A DNA stretch of 58,950 nt, filler included, from Sphacelaria rigidula (Eukaryota), in the NCBI GenBank assembly GCA_964200075.2. It is 10 parts of 10 records of this genome, joined end to end, with 100 filler letters (N's around TTAATTAATTAA, not from the genome) between each part and the next. Parts side by side here need not be neighbours in the genome. Positions count along the whole stretch, not along the records: positions 47,241 to 53,045 come from CAXNAA020024336.1; positions 53,146 to 58,950 come from CAXNAA020024337.1; 8 more parts are not named here. One strand, given 5' to 3'. Below are positions 51,500 to 58,950 of this stretch, piece by piece (within the stretch, counting starts at the first letter, position 1; each line of letters opens with the position of its first letter). The notes beneath the pieces are model-generated. The model was given only the letters and a program-made list of their open reading frames with translations, did not search any database and was not told where the DNA came from. The position numbers were made by a program, and so were the translations under genes.

Positions 51500-53205
51500 T
51501 GCCAAAACGTCCGCTGAAGTCTGCGCGCCCTCCTAATTACGTGATTGAAGTATAGAATCGCCCTTTTTGAGGGTTATTTTACGGTAAAAGACCCAGCCGA
51601 TTCATTTTTCCCAGGGGTCTACACGTTACATGTTCACGTTCACGTTACGTTCATCACGTAAAAAATGTTCAACGTTCACGTTACGTTACGTATATCACGT
51701 TAAATAAATTTGAACGTTACGTTAACGTTTCATGTGAAAATTTAACGTTACGTTTATCACGTAAAAAATACTTAACGTTACGTTTCGTTACATGCAAGGT
51801 AATATGAAACGTTTCAATGTCACGTGTAACGTCTATAATAATGTAACGTTACGTTGACACGTGTAACGTTCGAATGTAACGTTTCATTCTGTGCATATCG
51901 CGGCTCATTTACCAGTGTTGAAGGCGTTGTAACGTGTCGTTTAACGCGTGATGTTACCGTGTACGTGACGCCGACGGTGACCCGTCGGCTAGTTCTCATG
52001 TTTTAAAAAATTTCATAAAAAAACGCGTTTTCTGATGACCCACTTCTGATGTGATCAGAAAACGCGTTTGAAATTCCGCCGCACGCCAACACACCCTCCA
52101 GCCCACGACAGCAGCCACGGGTGGCTTGGCTGCCATCCCCACTGCTGTCGCTGGTGCTCGCGGGTAGTCAGCGCGTTGCTTCATTGTCCTTCGCTCGCCA
52201 GTATCATGGTTCGCACAGTGACCGTACGCACAAGACCACAGTATAAGCAGTAGTGCTACTGCTGTAGTCTCTACAGGGCTTGGGTGCTTGGGCAGTCTGT
52301 ACTGTATACATGCTGGTTTGGAACTTTTACTGCCAGGTCAAGAAGTGAAAAAGCATCGAGCAAATATATGGTGACAAACCTTGTGCAACGCGAAGATTAT
52401 TTTTGTGGCTTCGGTGACATCAAAACATTGCCTTCATACCCGTTGTTACGCACTTAACTCGCCCGCATCGCGCATACCCGAAGTCAGAGAGCAATACCGT
52501 TCTGAGATGTAAGTACTGCGACAGTCAGTACTCATTTCGAGGTAAAATATGCTCTCGAGTTCAAAAACACGAGCGGTTTTCAATTTCTGTCGAGTCGCGA
52601 AAAATGTGAAAGCCACCATAATGATGCCAAAAAATGTAATGAGACCTAGCTCGTCCTCTAGAAGATTATGCTTTCTCTGTTGATGGTGCATTGAGTAGCT
52701 TCGGCGCCAGCGTCTCTCGAAACATCGGGATGCGCTACGAGAGGGGGATGAAGGGGGGGGCGGGGCGTACTCATTCGTTACCTGCTTTAGTCGTTTGACC
52801 ATTGACCACGCATCCCTTGCGAGACGGAGCATCGTTCCTACTCCTAGCACACCTCCAACGTTCCGGGGCTCATTGCGTTTCTTCCATATATTGCACAAAA
52901 CCTTTTTACATCATCGTATCCCCGTCCTGTTTCGCCATCTCTGGCCACCATATAGCTCCTAGTATAGCCATGATTTTCTCCCTACTGTCTACTGCATCAA
53001 ACGATTTCATGCCACCTTCGTTCACGTCCCGCATTTCCGCCTCTANNNNNNNNNNNNNNNNNNNNNNNNNNNNNNNNNNNNNNNNNNNNTTAATTAATTA
53101 ANNNNNNNNNNNNNNNNNNNNNNNNNNNNNNNNNNNNNNNNNNNNCACTCGTCCCCTGTGCTGTCCACACCCGGCGGGTCCCGCGGCCGGGCCCCCGCGG
53201 GGCTT

Positions 53206-53243
<38 letters not shown>

Positions 53244-53247
53244 TTAC

Positions 53248-53435
53248 TTGAACGCTCGAAGGCTGACGGAGCCTTGCTGCGCCTTTTCAAGCGCGAGACA
53301 CTCTAGCACGTTCTCCGGCTGCCGCAACTGTCCCAGTTTCCTCAGTCGACGACGTAAGCGATACTCCTGCGACGCCCTGTCTGCGCCCGTGCTCGTGTCT
53401 GCGGCTGTGCCTCTGTCGTGACTTGAAGGTTCAGG
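53248..53435 (-). CDS. Putative exon 3, PPR-like helical repeat
   Basis: YRLRRRLRKLGQLRQPENVLECLALEKAQQGSVSLRAF(N/K); cacag|..|gtaagt. Confidence 0.55.
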
Positions 53436-54126
53436 CTGTGGGGGATGGTCATACTCTCGGGTTTTTCCTTTATTATCACCCGACGCCGCGGCCATCTGAT
53501 CAAAACGGTGTTGCACGAGAAACCTCTGTCAATGTGGCTATTTTTTCGAGTCCAAGCCCGTTTCGCTATGTGCCAGTTCATGTACTACGAGTGGTGTACG
53601 TTTTAAAGGGTTGGCGTCGGTTGGCAACGACGCTGTAAAACACGGCACTTACTGCGTAAGCTATGCAACCAGGATACCGTTTTCTTTGGTTTGCGTTTTT
53701 TTGCGGTAACGATGATATTGGGCACGTTAGATCATATCGAGCGGGGGGAGAACCCGACCTCCGCGCAAGGGAGATGATCGTACTGCGTGGTATTTAAATG
53801 GTGAGACATCCGTGAGGAAGTGTATAGCCGTGGCTGTCTCTGGAAGTGGCGATACCAAAAAAAGGAAACAGCTCATCCAAGGCTGTCATCTATATGCAAC
53901 AAAAACAGCACGCTCCGGGCCGAACAATCTTAGCAGGAAGCAGCTCATCCCTCATGCGACTCGCCGAACACATCACGGCGCTTCGCGCTAGGTGACTGAC
54001 TGCGAGCCCGGTACGGCGAAAGCCCGACGTGTTCCGTCCCGGCTTTGCAGGGATGCGAGGCCAATGGTCTCATGACTACGGCATGCAAGATCACGGGTAG
54101 ACTGCCCCCACACGGCCTCTTTTTTC

Positions 54127-54978
54127 GGCGCGACCTATTTGCAGGTGGGGTATGCAAATAAGAACGAGCAGGTCGCGAACGCCTCCAGAGCCAAATCCCC
54201 AAGAAACCCAATTTCAAATCGAAATGCTGCACACACGAAACAACTGTCGGTCGCACTCCACAGCAGCTCACAGCAGGGCAGTAACACCGAACAGAATTTT
54301 CTTGTAGCAGGACAGGATACCGTAAACGTGGGCCTTGATGAGTCCTCTGCTCGACATCACCGGGAAAAATCAAGTGAATCGTTTTTTCTGGGAGCACCCC
54401 TTTGGGGCAATTTCTCCAAGAACAAAAAAATGTTAATGCTGCAACGTCATGGACAACAGATCATCAGCTGAGTGTTCAAACGTGATCTTGTCATGTGTGT
54501 GTGCGACTACATAGCCACAACTGACAGTAGTACGATACAGGAACACTCCTACAACTCGTGCCGCCGCCTCGATAGCCTGCACAGTACAAAGTGTGTACAA
54601 ACAGCGTGGTGTCATGATAACAGCGGTGCAATAGGCGGTATTCTCGATAGCAGGCAGCTGATGCGTATACAGTCGGTGTGTTCAGAGTATCCATTCAATC
54701 GAGCATGCGCGTTGCTTGGTTGACCAAAAACCCAAGACGACTGTTGGCTTGTCAACGTCGAGTAGAGAGATCGTCGCCGCCGATATATGTCGTCTCCTAC
54801 CCTACGACAAGATCCTTTCTTGCCTGCCCCGCTGTGGACTACTGTGGAGTGCGACCGACCGTTGTTTCGTGTGTGCAGCATTTCGATTCGGAATTGGGTT
54901 TATTGTGGATTTAGTTTTGGAGGCGTTCGCGACCTACCCACTCTCATATGTATACCCCACCTGTAAATAGGTGGCGCC
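54127..54978. mobile_element. Mutator-like (MULE) non-autonomous element in an intron
   Basis: ~155-bp imperfect TIRs GGCGCGACCTATTTGCAGGTGGGG / CCCCACCTGTAAATAGGTGGCGCC; perfect 9-bp TSD TCTTTTTTC. Confidence 0.88.
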
Positions 54979-55122
54979 TCTTTTTTCAACTTTCACAGAT
55001 ATATTGAATATTGGCTCGAAACCAGCATGAAAAGCAGCAGTGGAGTCGATGCAAGCGGCTGCGTAAAGTGCGTCAGCTACTCGCAGTACGCTACTACAAT
55101 AGCTGCACAGTGCTTGGCTTAC

Positions 55123-55206
55123 CTCGATCATTTGGGCATGTTTTAATTCCCTTTCCCTTTCGCTCACGGTGACCTCCTCCATCACTACATCGACTTGGCG
55201 GGATCT
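55123..55206 (-). CDS. Putative exon 2 of the same gene
   Basis: cagcag|RSRQVDVVMEEVTVSERERELKHAQMIE|gtaagc, phase 0-0. Confidence 0.5.
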
Positions 55207-56829
55207 CTGCTGGAGACAACTGCGCATAAACAACAATGGTCTCCTGAAACGCAGCTTTTTTTCGCCATCCATATCAGTACGAACTCTTTGATTTCTGGCC
55301 CGCGTTCAACTTCTCTCAGTTCCTCAACGAAAGGTTGCCAGATACTGGCATCATCAACATGCCGTTTGGGTTGAGAATACTGAACGTCGATGACGCCCGT
55401 ATCCCTCCCCCTATAAATACTAATGTTGGGTGTGGACTAACTTTGGTAGGATACAGGTTGCCCAGCGCTTGCCACTTGCTCGCAGTCAAGGATACAGTGC
55501 ACAGTGTACACGATTCCAGGGAGAAGCTCTTGACACTCGCTCAACACTCGAGTCAATACAGCGCACTGATACTGGTACTGCTACGTTGACAGCTTCAGAG
55601 TACCCTGTCCTGCCCAGTACACCTAAAGAAATCTTCGTACACAATGGTTGACAGCGATGACTACTTGATTTTAGAATTGAGAAAGTTCTGAGAAAAAATA
55701 TGGTTTGGGGCAGGTGAACAGTGGATCCTCTGTCCAGAATGCGTTTTTGTCGAAATCGGCGCCTGCGGCGACGGTTTGACGTCTGACAACGCACACTTCG
55801 CCTAGGGGAATCTGTGCACCCTCCTTGCCCGAGGGTCTCGTGCCCCTGGGGTCGGGGTCAGGGTTAGTGTTTAGTGTTAGCTTGTAACATTTCATTATGT
55901 TTCTCATCAACCGATGTGTACGAACATTTCTCTAGGTCCCCTCCTCCTGCCCCCTCTCCAACCCAAATTTGGATGCATCTCAAAACGTGTGGTGTGGTGC
56001 AGACATTAATTATTTACTAGTTGACTGCCTCTTGTGCCGCTGCAATATACGCCAACAACGCTCTCTGTTTATATCATTGCTGTCCTGGAACCATTCGGAG
56101 CAGTGCTCGAATAGTGCGCTTTGGGTATTCATTGGTGATGCACTGTACAGGACGTTGCGAGGTGCTGCTTCCGGTACAGGCAGTAGAACAGTCAGGACAG
56201 CAGAGTACAGGCAGAGCTGTTTCGAGTAGTCGGACTAGATGTGGTTGCTGTTTTTTCGCTCTTTTCCCCTGTACATTCATTTTCCCCCTGTTTTCACTTG
56301 CCCTTTTTTCAGCAAGCATTTTCGTTGTCGTTGTCGTTAACTTGGGTACATCGGCCTTGTGATCAGAGCCGTGTCCCCGCGGAGATCAGTCAATGTGCGA
56401 CAATGAAGCCAACCTTTGCAGAAAAACTGTTCGTGTGTGCTCCACTGTACGGGGAAACACCCATGTGTTTAGTTGGTGAGTGATCGCTCGGAGTGTGTAT
56501 TCGACTGTTCCGAGGTGCTCGAGCATGCCCACCGCCCCGCGAAAAGGTACGCTTCAAACAGTCTTATTTTTCATCCCCTGTCCCACTCACGGGACTGTCA
56601 GCGTGGCTATTGTTCCGAGGTGAGGCGGCTTGCAGCGAGTAAGTACAGTACTTCGAGTGTCATCATTGTGCGGTGCATTGTCAGCCCCTAATGACCACAC
56701 TGTGGTAGCACCCCGTACTATAGTGCAATTGCTTGGGGAAATTACGAAGTAGCCGGGATCGGACCCTTGATGAGCTAACTTGACCGCACTATGGTGGTAC
56801 CTCCAGTATCAACCAGAAACAACCCACAC

Positions 56830-57135
56830 CTGTAGCGACACACGTAATAGGCCACTGTGCTGACTCCCGAGCGAAGGCCCTCGATGCACGGTGACGAGAT
56901 GATACCTCGAGCCCAACCAACAGCGGCAACCGTGGCTGCTACTGCCGCAGCTATTACAGAAATCCCGCATCGGCTGCCACCCCCAGGTGCCGCTGCTACT
57001 GCTCATGATACCTGTGGGCCCTATCGTCATGCATGATGAGGACAAAGCAACGGGATTGGCCATCATGCCAAATGCTCGGCTTACTGTAGGCATGATGGAA
57101 GCCAGGGAAGCCGCGAGGCGGACAGAGCTCTTCAT
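56830..57135 (-). CDS. Putative exon 1 of a PPR-like protein with bipartite plastid-targeting-like presequence
   Basis: MKSSVRLAASLASIMPTVSRA|FGMM... then S/T/R-rich, acid-poor stretch; CAG|gtgtgg, phase 0. Confidence 0.5.
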
Positions 57136-57710
57136 GTTGGTGCGACGGTACCGGTGTCTAGCCATATGTCGCACAGTTTGAATAGAATCGCTGGAAAAGT
57201 ATCATCTGCATCACAGTATGACCTGCAAGCTTGTGGGAGACAGCCACGCACCACCTTTGGCATGAGACACACTTCGTCATACTAGACTTGATTCCTTGGA
57301 GGAATCCCGTTGGTCGTTTAACCCTTTCAACGTGAGGGCGGGCGACCGGGATAGAGGTCTCGTTTTTCAAGTGAAAATGATGTCGATTCACCACAGGAAC
57401 TACCTTGGTGATCAAAGAGCTAAAATATATCACCATGCACACCCCCATAACTGCGTTGTCTGTTCTTCACAGAAATCAGGAATCAGAATTCTTGTGCTAA
57501 CTGATGAACGTGCGCCATTTTCCCTGTGATATATAAATATATACATACATGCGCAGTCGGTTAAAGTGCGACAATAAAAATAATCAAGTATATTGACGAT
57601 CCTTGGAGTGGTTACACATGCGGCAACCGTGGGTCTGAGAAAAACATTGGCCCTCTGTCGATCCCCAGTGGAGGACTTGCTCGCAACTTCCTTCATGGCT
57701 GAGTGCAAAG

Positions 57711-57801
57711 ATGGAAGTTGTGGAAAGATTAGACGAGGGTACCGCAAACGGAGTCCGAGCTGGAGCAGTGGTGTCCACAATTTCTCAAGCTGTGGCAGAG
57801 C
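57711..57801 (+). CDS. MLH3: MutL-family (MLH3-like) mismatch-repair protein, exon 1
   Basis: MEVVERLDEGTANGVRAGAVVSTISQAVAE, donor gtgagt, phase 1 joins to give ELLSNSIDAGA; paralogue assignment tentative. Confidence 0.8.
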
Positions 57802-58001
57802 GTGAGTTCGATACACCATTTTAACTGAACTAGTGTTGCTCTCGTTCTCGATTCTGCACGTGCGCTTGGCTGTGCTGTGCGGATTCTGGTGTCCATTAGC
57901 ATGTGTGCTCTACACACTATTCTCGGGACCGTGTGGGGGTGGCTTTGAAGGACCCTGCTGACGATGACCGTGCTCTCTTTCAAATGTGTTCCGCTTGGCA
58001 G

Positions 58002-58139
58002 TCCTTTCCAACAGCATCGATGCAGGAGCGACCGGTGTAGAGATCAACATCGATGTCCCGTGCTACCGGCTAAGCGTCGCCGACAATGGCAGCGGGATAC
58101 CCGAAGACAAGCTGCAGTCGCTCGTGGCTACCGACCGCG
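58002..58139 (+). CDS. MLH3: MutL-family (MLH3-like) protein, exon 2 (GHKL ATPase motifs I-II)
   Basis: LSNSIDAGATGVEINIDVPCYRLSVADNGSGIPEDKLQSL; E..N..DA and DNG.GI motifs; MutL family secure, MLH3 rather than MLH1/PMS is inference. Confidence 0.85.
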
Positions 58140-58950
58140 GTGAGGAATCGAAGGGAGGCGGATAACAACTCCCTGGTGGATATGCATTGAAGAAGTGTAG
58201 TTCTTCGCCTGATTTTGCGGCTGGGGTAGAGAACGTGGCACCTTTCCCAGTGTACAGTGCGTATAGCCGATCCATTACCGCCGCCCCCGACATTTTGACT
58301 GACATAATTTAAATTTTCAAACGGGGAAACTCTGTTCTTCAACATGGAGCTCGATACCTTCAGTCACCATGCAGACTGCACAACACACAACACAGACAAC
58401 AGTACGAGCTGGGCCAGCCTAGACACGGATTTAAGCTCTCAAAGCAACATCTCATCGGCACAAACGAGTTGGGCCATGATCCGCATATTTTATTAATCGT
58501 CTAACCAAGGGGAAGATACCCATCTCCTCAAAAGTTTGGGCCCATATTTTCTCGTTGATGAAACCCCATGTCTAGTAATTCCCACAGTATACCTCAGGGA
58601 GATGGCGTCTATACTAAAGTCTCTATGAAACCTCCGATCGATGTATTCAGCGGATGACGACGAATTTTGGTGAGGACATTCCCTGAAGCACGGGGAGATG
58701 ATAGATTCCCTCACCTTCAGCTCATTCGTAATCTATCTCGAGATGTGGCGCGCATGAGTTTCCATACTAAAATCAGTATATTACGAGCAGATGCACTGGA
58801 TGAACTAAAACTGGATATCGCGTCTCGGTTTGTGAGAGTTATGCAATGAAAATTCGTATCGAGAACCGCTAGTGCATAATAAAACTTCACAGGCACCGTA
58901 GGTAAGGTATCGTACCGAGCGTACCCCCGGTATTTACCGGGGTATCCCAT

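Noticed and set aside
52020..52070. Hammerhead ribozyme (CTGATGA...GAAA)
   Set aside because: No stem II closes next to GAAA; the motif arises from a DNA palindrome. Other CTGATGA sites checked (e.g. ~2119, ~2958, ~30257, ~37080) also lack the core geometry

Overview
This is not one locus. It is ten unrelated 5,805-bp pieces (1-5805, 5906-11710, 11811-17615, 17716-23520, 23621-29425, 29526-35330, 35431-41235, 41336-47140, 47241-53045, 53146-58950) joined by identical artificial 100-bp linkers (N44-TTAATTAATTAA-N44). The DNA is intron-rich, repeat-rich and eukaryotic. A stramenopile, probably a brown alga, is inferred from the short exons in long introns, an 'SRA|F'-type presequence and the TE types. 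Most listed ORFs are spurious. I assembled real gene fragments by hand from splice sites and reading phase: myosin motor exon, TMEM245/AI-2E-like, CD36/scavenger-receptor-B family, lipase class 3-like, ankyrin-repeat protein, a candidate plastid-targeted PPR-like protein and an MLH3-like MutL homologue. TEs include a decayed Ty3/Gypsy element, a decayed RTE-like LINE, tRNA-derived SINE heads and several non-autonomous DNA transposons with visible TIRs and TSDs (hAT-, Mutator-, Tc1/mariner- and piggyBac-like, plus one fold-back with a 4-bp TSD). The most interesting object is a 2.4-kb LTR-retrotransposon derivative (1602-4023, minus strand). It keeps both LTRs, a PBS and a PPT, but has no recognisable pol and carries a ~425-bp inverted duplication of its own gag-like region. 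This makes it a candidate 'Mu killer'-like hairpin silencer of its family. No function is demonstrated by sequence alone.
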